Position numbers and translations under genes: made by a program
Notes under the pieces: model-generated
Seen by the model: only the letters and a program-made list of their open reading frames with translations
Databases searched by the model: none
What the model was told of the DNA's origin: nothing
In this document: piece by piece, positions 53,811 through 64,000 of the stretch
How the letters are laid out: each line of letters begins with the position of its first letter
Numbering within the stretch: position 1 is the first letter of the stretch
Assembly: GCA_002189035.1 (NCBI GenBank)
Contig: NEEC01000004.1
Location: 5,394,001-5,458,000, forward strand
Source of the DNA: Utricularia gibba
Lineage: Eukaryota > Plantae > Magnoliophyta
Direction of reading: 5' to 3'
Length of the DNA stretch: 64,000 nucleotides

Positions 53811-55130
53811 ATGCTCGCCATCACCCCCCATATCTACCACCGTGCGCCGCCGTTAACGAGGTTCAAGCCGCCCAAGGTATTCTACGTATCAGCCCTCATT
53901 ATTCCTCCTTCCTCCTCCTCCTCCGCGTCTACGCAGAAGCAACAGCAGCAACTATATCAGCCTTTCCGGCGGCCGGCTCAACCTCTGCCCACCCGCTTCC
54001 GCTCCCTCGACACCAATGAAAAGATCGAGATTCTCGCCAGTAGATTAGGATCCTGGTTCGATTACGCTCCTGTGATTCCGTTGCTTCTTCAAGAAGGATT
54101 CATTTCAACCGCAATCGAAGAATTGACCGGAATCCCATCCGTCGAGCAGAACCGACTCGTCGTCGCGGCTCAGGTGCGCGAATCTCTAATTGAATTGGTC
54201 GAAGACGAAATCGTTTCGTTTTTTGACTCCCCTGGGTCGCCTGATATTCTGTACGAAATCCGAATCCTCAACACACCACAGCGCGCCGCCGCCGCGCGCT
54301 TCATTATATCGAATGAGTTCGAAGGGAAGCAATCTGCTGAATTGGCAAAATCGATGAAAGATTTCCCGCGAAGGTATGGTGACAGAGGGTGGGAGTGCTT
54401 TGATGCGGATTTGCCAGGTGATTGCTTGGCGTTCATGTATTACAGACAGGCCCAGGAGTACAAATCGGCGTCTTCGCTGGAGCTTAGCAAGGCAGCTCTG
54501 GAGAAAGCGTTGAAGGTGGTAGGCAGCGACAGAGCAAGGGAGAAAGTGATGGACGATTTGCTGGGTAGAGATGGGGGAGGGACGAACGACTTTGGCTCGG
54601 CTGATTCAGTGAGAGTTCCGATAGTTAGAATGGCCTACGGAGAGGTTGCAGAATCAAGCATAGTGGTAGTTTTTCCAGTCTGCCGGGCGGAGATGAGAGA
54701 GCTTGAGGTTGAGGATGCACCGTGGGAATGTGGAATGGGAGGGGAGTTTGGTGTGGTACAGGCAGAGAAGGGGTGGAGCCGTTGGGTGGTGCTGCCTGGG
54801 TGGGCGCCAGTAGCCGACTTGAAGAGAGGGGGTGTAGCCATAGCCTTTCCAAATGCCAGAGGAGTTCTGCCATGGAGGAACAGGAAGAGAGGTTTGGGTG
54901 AGGAGATTCTAGTTGTAGCAGATAGGAGCAGGAAAGAAGTGGAACTGGATGATCAGTTTTACCTGGTGGTGAGCAGCGGCAGCGTTGCTGGAGAAGCTCT
55001 GAAAGTCGAGAGAGGAGCAAAACTGAAGGAAATGGGAGTCAAGGTGAGCCTTGGCACTGTAGTTCTGGTTGTTCGGCCACCAAGAGAGGAACTGGATGAA
55101 CAAATAAGCACCATTGAAGACTGGGAATGA
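53811..55130 (+). CDS. RAF1: Rubisco accumulation factor 1, chloroplastic
   Basis: Transit peptide, QQLYQPFRRP, YGDRGWECFD..LPGDCLAF, VPIVRMAYGEVAE, WVVLPGWAPV, LGTVVLVVRPP; intronless. Confidence 0.92.
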   Translation: MLAITPHIYHRAPPLTRFKPPKVFYVSALIIPPSSSSSASTQKQQQQLYQPFRRPAQPLPTRFRSLDTNEKIEILASRLGSWFDYAPVIPLLLQEGFISTAIEELTGIPSVEQNRLVVAAQVRESLIELVEDEIVSFFDSPGSPDILYEIRILNTPQRAAAARFIISNEFEGKQSAELAKSMKDFPRRYGDRGWECFDADLPGDCLAFMYYRQAQEYKSASSLELSKAALEKALKVVGSDRAREKVMDDLLGRDGGGTNDFGSADSVRVPIVRMAYGEVAESSIVVVFPVCRAEMRELEVEDAPWECGMGGEFGVVQAEKGWSRWVVLPGWAPVADLKRGGVAIAFPNARGVLPWRNRKRGLGEEILVVADRSRKEVELDDQFYLVVSSGSVAGEALKVERGAKLKEMGVKVSLGTVVLVVRPPREELDEQISTIEDWE

Positions 55131-55726
55131 AACCCTGAGCCACCCTCCATTAACAACTGCAAATGACTCTATGGTAACGTTTGTAATACCACACAACTGC
55201 TTTATCCATCACTCAAGCATTGCAGACAAACATTCAGTGGAATTAACCAAGCCATTGTCAACATTCCCCTTCGCCACCGGCTTCAACAGACTGCAAAGAA
55301 GGCAAGACATCAACCCCATTTCTCTTAAAAAAAAAACCAAATATAGCCTGTTGAAGCCCCAACCAAATTAGAATTCAGAGGCATATCTCGATTTACCATT
55401 CTGACCTCCTGAAACTGCCATCTCCCAAAGAGAGGAGAGCTAACTTACGGTACCCTTAGCTTGTAATTTGAATTTGTGAATTTAATTAATAATAACTGTT
55501 GTAGACAGGGTTGCATGACTTCATTTGCCAATCTCCTTGAATCTTGATCCATCGACTGACTCCTTCAGAGCAGTTGTTGTTTTTCTCCTCCATAAAGAAG
55601 ATGAATATGGAGGAAGGGTATCTTTTCTCTACATGAGCAAGAGACGGGCGTCGATCAGCATACGTGTGTTGGGAACACTGAGCAAGACATCTTCGCCGTC
55701 GCTGTTCCTTTTTTCTTGCGAGAAAT

Positions 55727-56528
55727 ATGTCGGACTGGCGGTGGACCACCGGAGTTGAGCCACCTTCTTCCTCGTCAAACACCGATCCAGGCATATCCAT
55801 GACCCAAGTTCTCGGGGCTGGGAACCCCCCCTTCTCTTCAACCATCATCAGGAACCAAGAAGAAGAAACAGGGGATCCAAGAAGAAGTCCCAAACGGTTG
55901 AAGAGGAAGGAGACAGGGGACGATGACAGAGACAACAGCGAGGACCCGAAAATGGGAACCACGTTCCGCGGTGAAGGGCGGCTGCCGGGATCCAACAACA
56001 AGCCCAAACCACCGATTTCCGACCCGAGGGACATCCACAACGTGCTCTGCGGCCACTTTTTGGACTTCGCCCCCGGAACAGACATCTTTGAATCAATATC
56101 ACAGTACGCTAGAAGAATACAAAAGGGCGTTCATGTTCTCAGCGCCCACGGAACAATCTCCTATATTGCAATCCATCAGATATCGCCTCCTGGCACCGTC
56201 CGGACTTTTCGAGGCCTTTATGATATCCTTTCACTCACCGGAACTTTTCTTCCGCATTATGCTACAGGTTGTATATTTAAAACGCTAACCGTTTCGCATG
56301 ACGTTGCTTTTCACATCCCTTTCTTTTATAGGTTGCTATCCCGACTTGACTGCGCAATTGGCAGCCGGACAGGGCACGGTGGTGGGCGGCAGAGTGCTGG
56401 CACCTCTGATAGCAGGTGGACCAGTCAGGGTGATCGCTTCAGCGTTTGCCAAAGTCACCTACGAGCGTCTTCCGATGGAGAACCCACCGCACTTGGAACC
56501 TACGAGCAGTATGCAGAATCCCAGATAA
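55727..56528 (+). CDS. AHL: Divergent clade-A AT-hook motif nuclear-localized (AHL/PPC) protein
   Basis: [16 protein letters not shown] domain ([41 protein letters not shown]). Intron 56268-56331. Confidence 0.85.
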
Positions 56529-57453
56529 GCAAGGAATCCATTCCATGAGACCATTTCCACAATTAATTCCACCCCTGGCTCAAAACCATTCTGAACAGCA
56601 GCAAGAAAATCGACCTTTCTCCTTGTCAAACAAGCCACCGCTTGAAAGAATAACACCATTGGGTTGCAAATCTCTATGATGGCAAAACTTAGCATCATGA
56701 TCGGAGCGTTCATCAGTGAATCAAAACGGCATCTAGGTGTGGTGTGCTGCAATTAAAAACTCAAGCATACTCCAAAGGGGCCAATCCATTCCCAGCTGAC
56801 CTGCAAATTGATTTATTACAAATGCCAACCCCATTAGATACGAATAAGTTCGTTGTAAAACTACTATACAGTTATTTTGAGTAAAAGAAAAAGGAAATCA
56901 TGTAAGAATGACATATGCATTGCAATGAAAAAAGATGAAAAATTTCTCATTGGTGCTTATTGGATTTCCATTGAACCATTTTGTCAAACACCTGATATAC
57001 AAAGAAGCTCATGATGAATGATCTCAAATTTTATTGTTGATCATCCAAGCCAAACCTGCAAATCAGAAGATATACAACAACAATTAGCACCACTAAATCT
57101 AAATCAAAATTCCCCCAGGGGAAAGAGGAGCATTCATGGAACATTTTCCTTTCATACTAAAGAAAGAGGGTCAAACATATACATTTTTGGATTTGGAACT
57201 CCATTCTTTTCCCATTCATTCATAAAAATGGGGATCAGTTCTGTGAACAGTGAAGGTTGAAGGGGACCGGCGTTAAGAAATTCCAAGTAAATGCAGCGCA
57301 GTCAGTCTATCGACCAACCACACCCCGGCCGCCAATTCACTGACTATTTCCACGCACGCTTTGCCGCCCCTCGAGTGATCTCTCTCTATATTTTCCTTCG
57401 CACACATCTACACCTGCATTTTGTAGGACTACCACCAGAGCACTCGATCGTTC

Positions 57454-57681
57454 ATGGCCGCTGCGATTCCTAAGCCATGCCTCCTTCTACTCACATTTCT
57501 CGCGATATCGGCGTCGGAGTCAAACTCCGCAGCCATGCGCCGTGGCGAATTGCCTCTACACGTGGACAAAACCCTCCTTATGCAAGTTCTTCCTAGGGGT
57601 TCGGTGCCCGCGTCAATCTCCAATCCTTGCACCTTCATCCCCCGCCGGAAACCGCCCACCGTGCCACGTCCGCCGTGCTAA
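57454..57681 (+). CDS. CTNIP: CTNIP/SCREW-type secreted phytocytokine precursor
   Basis: 75 aa with a signal peptide; C-terminal LPRGSVPASISNPCTFIP...C with two Cys. Confidence 0.75.
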   Translation: MAAAIPKPCLLLLTFLAISASESNSAAMRRGELPLHVDKTLLMQVLPRGSVPASISNPCTFIPRRKPPTVPRPPC

Positions 57682-59492
57682 CCGCCTTCCGCCTTCCTGC
57701 GGGGGTGCCCAGAAGAAATTCCCCCGGACTTGAGTTGGCCGACTGTCTACTCTCCTAAACCTTCATTTACATTTGTTTTATTTTTTAATAATCGTAAATG
57801 AAATTACACGCGCAACGCCTTTTTTTGTCGGATCGAAGTTAAATGGGCTGCCACAGTTTGGGCCTACCATCATGGGCTTTCTCCACGTGTAACCCAAGAT
57901 ATATATTTGTCCTTTTTCTTAATTTTTGAAAAGCAAAAATTGTGGGAAATGCAATATATTGAGTTTGTGTGTAGCAGAATTGAGAGAGGGGTGGGCAGAA
58001 GGCATGACATGGATTTTAAAGCTAGTTCCATCGCACTCACACGTTGATGTGATGGATAACATCAATCAAAAGTGGATTCAATTCATGCTATGCTCTGTCT
58101 ATTTAAATTTGTAATAAAATTGTATTTTTTTTAAAAAAATATTGTGAGGAGAGCGACCGTCCTTGTAGTAATTTGGACATGGGGGGTGCTGCTCCTTTTT
58201 TCATTCATATCCCAATCATTGAAGCTTTTTACCCGAACTCGGAAGCGAAGCGACAAGAGTAATTAAAGAGTGGTACTGGTACGGCTCTGCCTGCCACTTG
58301 CCAATGCAAGAGAAGAGATGAGATGAGGTGAGATGATTGACACACAGAAAAGAAAGAAGATTCTGCCGATGACCTTTATTTTTGCAGGCCACCACCTCCT
58401 CCTCCACGATGTTCCGACTCTGCTCTTTCCGCACACCCCCACAAGGAGTACTATCTCAGAGTGAATGCTCCCCTCCCCACCACTTTGTATTTATTTTCAG
58501 ATGTCATCATTCCAACTTGCCATACTTTAGATGCCTGTGGTTGTTGGAATTCACCCTGTGAAACTGAGGGTGATGTAGGACAGTCTAATGCAGTTGAAAT
58601 TTCACCCATATCAGGATTCACTGAATCATGTCGTTATGTTAGAACACCTACCATATACTCTTGTAGCAAATTTTGCCCACAGCTTATGCTTAAAATAAGG
58701 AGAGCTGGGTGGGGCGGGGCAAAGAGGGGGGGCATGGGACTCGGTCGGAGTAGGGACCGTGGGCTCAAAGTCCAAGGCACTGCGGTGTTTATCTTGGATT
58801 AAAATTTTTAGGGGGGTTGGTGCAGAGTTCGCAGACGCAATGCATCAGCTTTTTTTCTGTGGAGATTGCTCACAATTGCTAATAAAAAAATGGTTTCCTG
58901 CAACCACTGTCTCCTCTTGTCCTCCCCAGATTCGATTCTCTCTTCCTCCACTCGTTGATGCCGATCATTCACACCCAAGGTTTTTCTCTAATCCCGAGTC
59001 TGTTTTCAACCTCTTCACATTGGTAGTAAACATGAATCCATGGTATCATGTGTAATCAGTCATCCCGTGTGGAGTTCATAGAAAGAAAAAAAAAAAAAAA
59101 AACTCACAGGAGTAAGGACTATTGCTAAACAAAATTTACGAGTGATGTAGTTTCCCAGTTCGATCCCTCTCTTTACCTAAACAAAACTTCCTTTTAAAGG
59201 TGAAGACTTTTCTGAATTGTTCATAGTAATCCTACCATTGGTCATCAATATCTGCATGTATGAGATAAAGGGTGTTTTGTAGCATAAAAACAACAGGTTG
59301 AAGGGAAACTTTGGTTTCATTTGCAGAGCCATCTTATTGATAGATAGCTTTCACTGGTCAAAGTTATACAAATGGGGAAGGTGAGAGATATTTATCAGAG
59401 AGAGGGGGACTCAGTGTGTGTATTGTGTGTGTGAATTTTGGTGTATAAAAGGAGTGGTCTGCAACAGCACCTGATCCAGAAGCAGATGCAAG

Positions 59493-60584
59493 ATGCAGAT
59501 GCAGCAGCCCAGGATTCCACCAACAGCAGCAGCAGCTTACTATCACACCAACAACATCACCACTGATCACATTCAGCAGGTTCTTCTTCTTCCTCTTCTT
59601 CTCCCTCTTTTTCCACCAGCTTTTCTTGTTTTCAGAAGACTTTTTTTGGTAGTATTCCTTCAAAAGAATACTTTACTGGTTTTCGATTGCTTTTTTTAAA
59701 AAAAAAAAATGTTTCTTTCTTATGAACAAGTTCCATGTCTCTTCATTAAGGATGTGTTCTCTTTCTGTTACTTTTTTTCTGACCTGCCCTCAAAATTTCA
59801 ACATTCCTTTTGTCACCCATAACTTTAAAATCTTCTCGGCTTATGACATCCATTGATCATGAAAGCTTAAAAAGAATAGGCAATGAACAGTAGAAAACAG
59901 GTAAGATCTTAATGCTTCAAAGGTGTTGCCTTGTGCAGTACCTAGATGAAAACAAGTCACTGATTCTCAAGATTGTGGAGAGCCAGAACTCTGGAAAGCT
60001 GAGTGAGTGTGCAGAGTAAGCTCTCAATCGTCTAGGGTTTTGTGGCTGAACTTGGTTTTTGAGAGAAGGGTTTGTGATAATTTTTGCCGTAGGAACCAGG
60101 CGAGGCTTCAAAGCAACTTGATGTACCTGGCCGCCATTGCTGACTCTCAACCTCACCTTCCTGCCATGCATTCTCAGGTATATTAATATTTTCAGGTACA
60201 CATCCTGTGGAGCCTTAACTCTCTCCCATTCCTGAGCAGTACGCGGGCGGTGGAATGTTGCAGCAGCCGGGCGCCCAATATCTGCAGCACCAGCAGGCGC
60301 AACAAATGGCTCCGCAGTCACTGATGGCGACCGCTCGCTCCTCCATGTTGTACGGGGAGCCGCCGTATCCGCCTTTGCAGCAGCAGCCGGTCCCTAGCCA
60401 GCTGGGAATGAACTCCGGTGGCAGCAATGGCCTGATGCTGCAAGGCGAGCCACTCTCCGGCGCTGGCGGGTTCCCTGATTTCGGCCGGGGCTTCCTCGGG
60501 ATGAAGCAGGAGTTCGTGAACGGGATGTCAATCGACGGCAGCGGCGACGGCGGTGAGAGCCTTTACCTAAAAACCGCGGACTAG
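59493..60584 (+). CDS. GIF1: GRF-interacting factor 1 / ANGUSTIFOLIA3
   Basis: Exons 59493-59579, 59939-60015, 60093-60177, 60240-60584. SNH domain ITTDHIQQYLDENKSLILKIVESQNSGKLSECAENQARLQSNLMYLAAIADSQP; ends LYLK. Confidence 0.95.
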
Positions 60585-60817
60585 CTGTTCGATGAAATTA
60601 CTGTTTGAAACACTGGTGCTGATTATGTTCTTAAGCTAGGAAACCCTCATCCTTAATGATGTATAAATCATTAGGACTTTTCCTTCATTGTCTACTTGGG
60701 TCGGATCCCATTATTGGGCCCGGCCTCCTAACCGGCCCATCATTATTACAAAATCGAAGCGTCCTCGTCAGCTTTTTTTTTCCTATTAAATAATAATAAT
60801 ATATTCAAAATGCATGA

Positions 60818-61834
60818 CTATACCAATACCACTTGCTCCTCCGACGGGAGTAGATCGGACCTGAGAGGAGCGAAATACGCAGACAGCAGAGCAGCCAACG
60901 AGGACTTGCCGATGATGCTCTCACTGCGATGCCCTTTGCAGACGAAGTAGGTGATGGTCTGGCCGACGAGGCCGAAGAGCGTAGAAGTCGAAAGCAAGAT
61001 CAAGCAAATCACACCAATTCCGATCCTCCTCCCAATTCCGGCACATCCGAAAGCCACAAGGAAGTTGAAAGCATGCTCTATCCCGAAGAGGCTGAGGCCT
61101 AAAATGAGGAACACCTCGCTTGCGATCCCCTTCGTCTTCCCCTTTGTCAGAATCTGGGTTTTAGTCACTGCGTTCACTCCACTGGTTTCCTCTAACACAG
61201 ACACCACACTTGCTAGATGCCAGAGTATGGTGATGTAAAAGTATCCTGATAAGTAGAGGAATGGGAATCCAAAGAGGAGGACTTTCCCCATGATGGGCTT
61301 CGACCAGAAGGGGACGACTCCCAGGATCAGAGCCACGAGGGCCACCATGTCATAAGCAAAAACAATGATGAAGCTCCGCAGAAAAGTATGTAGGAGGCGT
61401 TTCCCCACCTTGGGGACGACGTTCTTGCCCTTCACGAGGGGTATGTGGTATCCCGCATAGATACAAGCGACTGCGGAAATTGGGAAGAGGGCAAGGAGGA
61501 TGAAGAGCAGCCAGTGGGAAATTTTGAAGAAGATGAAAGCTGCCCATATTGTTGTCAACATGTTGGATATTCTTGTGTGGAGCTGAGTTCCTTGGGGAGC
61601 TGCATCAAGCATACACTGGTTATGGGCTATCTCCCTGAACATGATCTCACTTATCTCGATCTGTGCTAAGTAGAGAACGCAAAGAGGCAGGACAATGAAC
61701 AGTGAAATCTGTAAGAGAACACTTCTCCTGTGTAACACTACGGAGTCTATGATGCAGGCTTCGTGCTGTATGTCCAACAGACAAAGAAACAGAGTCTCTG
61801 GCTCGTCGCCTCCTTCCATACTCTCTAATGACAT
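60818..61834 (-). CDS. Multi-pass membrane protein of an uncharacterised plant family (At5g44860/At4g19950-like), divergent
   Basis: Intronless, several TM helices; VVPKVGKRLL.TF, LWHLASVVSVLE, LFGLVGQTITYFVCK, KSSLA motifs. Confidence 0.75.
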   Translation of the reverse strand: MSLESMEGGDEPETLFLCLLDIQHEACIIDSVVLHRRSVLLQISLFIVLPLCVLYLAQIEISEIMFREIAHNQCMLDAAPQGTQLHTRISNMLTTIWAAFIFFKISHWLLFILLALFPISAVACIYAGYHIPLVKGKNVVPKVGKRLLHTFLRSFIIVFAYDMVALVALILGVVPFWSKPIMGKVLLFGFPFLYLSGYFYITILWHLASVVSVLEETSGVNAVTKTQILTKGKTKGIASEVFLILGLSLFGIEHAFNFLVAFGCAGIGRRIGIGVICLILLSTSTLFGLVGQTITYFVCKGHRSESIIGKSSLAALLSAYFAPLRSDLLPSEEQVVLV

Positions 61835-62125
61835 CCAAAGAAGTGATTCTCCAGTTTAAAACGCAAAGTGCAGCGAAGCTGACTTCTTTTAAGGAGCATA
61901 AAGAGTAGCTAATTCTGTTGGCCATACCTCAGCTATAGAGCCTTACCCACGCTACTCTGAAATGTATGAGGCTATTGGATGACTACTCAATTATTACTCA
62001 TTTCAAGTCAACTGTTGTACACCAGTACACACTCCTACGCCCAAAAGAATTTTGGCCAACGAGAGAAGAGGTAAGCCATTCAACAGGCATGAACTCTGTA
62101 TTAAAGTTTACTTGTACATAGACAA

Positions 62126-64000
62126 TCACAAGTCTATGTATATCACAAGTGGTTCATTTCCCTGTTCAACAACAAAGGTCTTGAGCACCTTCCCAGTCGG
62201 GAGATCAACACGTGCTTCATATGATCCAAGGAATCCCCGAAAGGCAACCTGGCCTTCTTCGTCAGAGCATCCTTGAATATGAGTAGACCATTCCTTTTTC
62301 AGGGCGATGAGTCTTCTACCAGCTTCGTTGATATCTCCTTCAGCGTTCACTAGGTGAGCATTTTGCCTGCTCATGCACAACTCCCAGAATCCCCACAGCA
62401 CGACACCGCCAACAGCAGGGTGTGCAAAAGATTCACGGAGCATAACTTCAAGATCATCAGCTCTTATGTATTCATTGTCTGAAGCAACATCAAGCTCTGT
62501 GAACCAGATCGGAAGGCCAAGAGTAGATAATTTATCCAGTGCAGAGCATACTATGGAGCCAATTGGAGAGCTTGTATGCCCCTGTATACCTATTCCTCCA
62601 ACTGGCGCACCCTGTCCTTGCAGGCTTAGAATATGCTCAGTGTACTTCTCAGGTGATGATCTTGCGTCAAATCCATCCTCGATATTGTAATCGTTCACGA
62701 AAAGTGTTGCCGAGGGGTCCATCACACTTGCCCTCTTGAACATGGTAGCCCTGATTTCATCTCCGAGATGATCTTTGAAGAAGGAACCATGCAGCATCTC
62801 ATTGTTTACATCATAGTGCTTGAAATTTCCCGTGTACTTGGTAAGCAGGCTACTTAACCGGTTTTCGACTGCTGACATCATGTCGTTTTTGTTCAAACTA
62901 CGCACCCATGAAGGAACAGCTGATTCCACCTCCCAGAAGATGCAGTGGCCCCTAAGTTGAATGCCATGCGCGTTGCACAACTTCAACAAGTCATCAGCAT
63001 CTCTGTAATTCAAGTTCCCCTGCTGTGGCTCTGTCCAATACCATTTCAACTCGTTTTCAAATACTCCCCAGTTGAATGTCTTGGTGAAAAACTCGACATT
63101 CTCTTCATTATCTATGTAAGTCCTGTTAATGCATGACCCGATTGGGAAACTACTTTGAGTTTGCCTAATCTTCAATGAAATTCCCAGCAGTTTGGTGGGA
63201 TCAGGCGCTCTCAGCTTCAAGATAACATCACGCTTCCTTATCTGCAACATGTAAAGCTAAGAACTTGAGCTACTCTTAACGCATACAACGAGCAAAATCA
63301 AAATCATACCATGTTGATCTGCTTTGTTAGTTTTCGGTATCTCAGGCGTCGATCAACAGGAAAGATTTGAAGGCCAGCAAGCATTAAGTCAACACCAGGA
63401 TCAGGGCCCTGCGCATAGACCATTATCTTTGATGGTAGCTTCTCAATCCTGAAGGATCCCCCAATCTCATGCCATCTTCCATCATTACCACACTCAACTT
63501 GACCTCCATTGACCCATTGAGAATCAACATCCAGAGCAATATTAATGTTTTGAGCTCTCGTTGCCTGATTTCCAATCCGAACCCATGCAGACACTTGATA
63601 TGTCAAGTAAGGTTTCACCTTTTCAGTGATCATCTGAGCAGGGCCCATCCACGTCTGTGTACGATGTGTTACGAGTATGTAACGACCACTTAAAGGTTCA
63701 AGGACTCCGAGGGAATCTCTAGCCATCGGAGGAGCAACATGTGGGGAACCGCTTTGAGCACTAAGAGTGCAATCTCCCAAGGGGAACCATCCATTTGTTC
63801 CATCATAGAGATCGGAGTTAACAATGATATTGACACCAAAATCAACATTCTGGGGCCAAAGAGAAAGAGCAAGCATATCTCTTGATTAAATAAATCAAAG
63901 GATTATTCACTTTCATACAGGGTATAAGGCAACCATCTAACTATGTACCTCTGTGCCTGGGGGAGGCGGTGGAGGAACCTTTGCTGCGTGCTTTATGATG
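62126..64000 (-). CDS. XYN1: GH10 endo-1,4-beta-xylanase with CBM22 module(s), 5' part outside the window
   Basis: Exons >64000-63949, 63849-63310, 63241-62126. WVNGGQVE, GGSFRIEK, FENELKWYWTE, acid/base YDVNNEM, nucleophile WFTELDV. Confidence 0.95.

Noticed and set aside
59611-59628. miR396-like sequence (TTCCACCAGCTTTTCTTG) in GIF1 intron 1
   Set aside because: Needs two insertions relative to miR396, lies in a pyrimidine-rich intron stretch, and no hairpin partner is evident. Probably chance despite the appealing GRF-GIF link.

Overview
Eukaryotic (eudicot plant) nuclear DNA from a very gene-dense genome: about 21 genes in 60 kb, most introns 63-105 nt. A miniaturised genome such as Utricularia/Genlisea would fit, but that is inference only. 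The window opens with the 3' part of an intact Ty1/copia element (gag-pol ORF, PPT, 258-bp LTR). Genes follow in this order: EC1, kinesin-7-like, F5H/CYP84A, GATA, SHI/STY, BCS1-like AAA-ATPase, SABATH methyltransferase, SGS3, TRFL/TRP, RING-DUF1117, GPAT5, Rubisco activase, JMJ16-like demethylase, IPUT1 pseudogene, PPCK, RAF1, AHL, CTNIP/SCREW peptide, GIF1/AN3, a membrane protein and a GH10 xylanase. Main highlights: (1) a kinesin-7 whose motor exons splice cleanly in frame but whose switch I, switch II, EIYNE and microtubule-binding motifs are all substituted (candidate pseudo-kinesin); (2) a clade-A AHL with a degenerate AT-hook and an apparently newly gained intron; (3) a candidate C/D snoRNA behind a site-II/(TTAGGG)4 promoter in a gene-free gap; (4) an IPUT1 relic lacking its catalytic core. 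Several genes carry single-base deletions, mostly in short homopolymers, which look like long-read assembly errors. All splice models and motif comparisons were made by eye, and Arabidopsis comparisons are recalled from memory and need checking.
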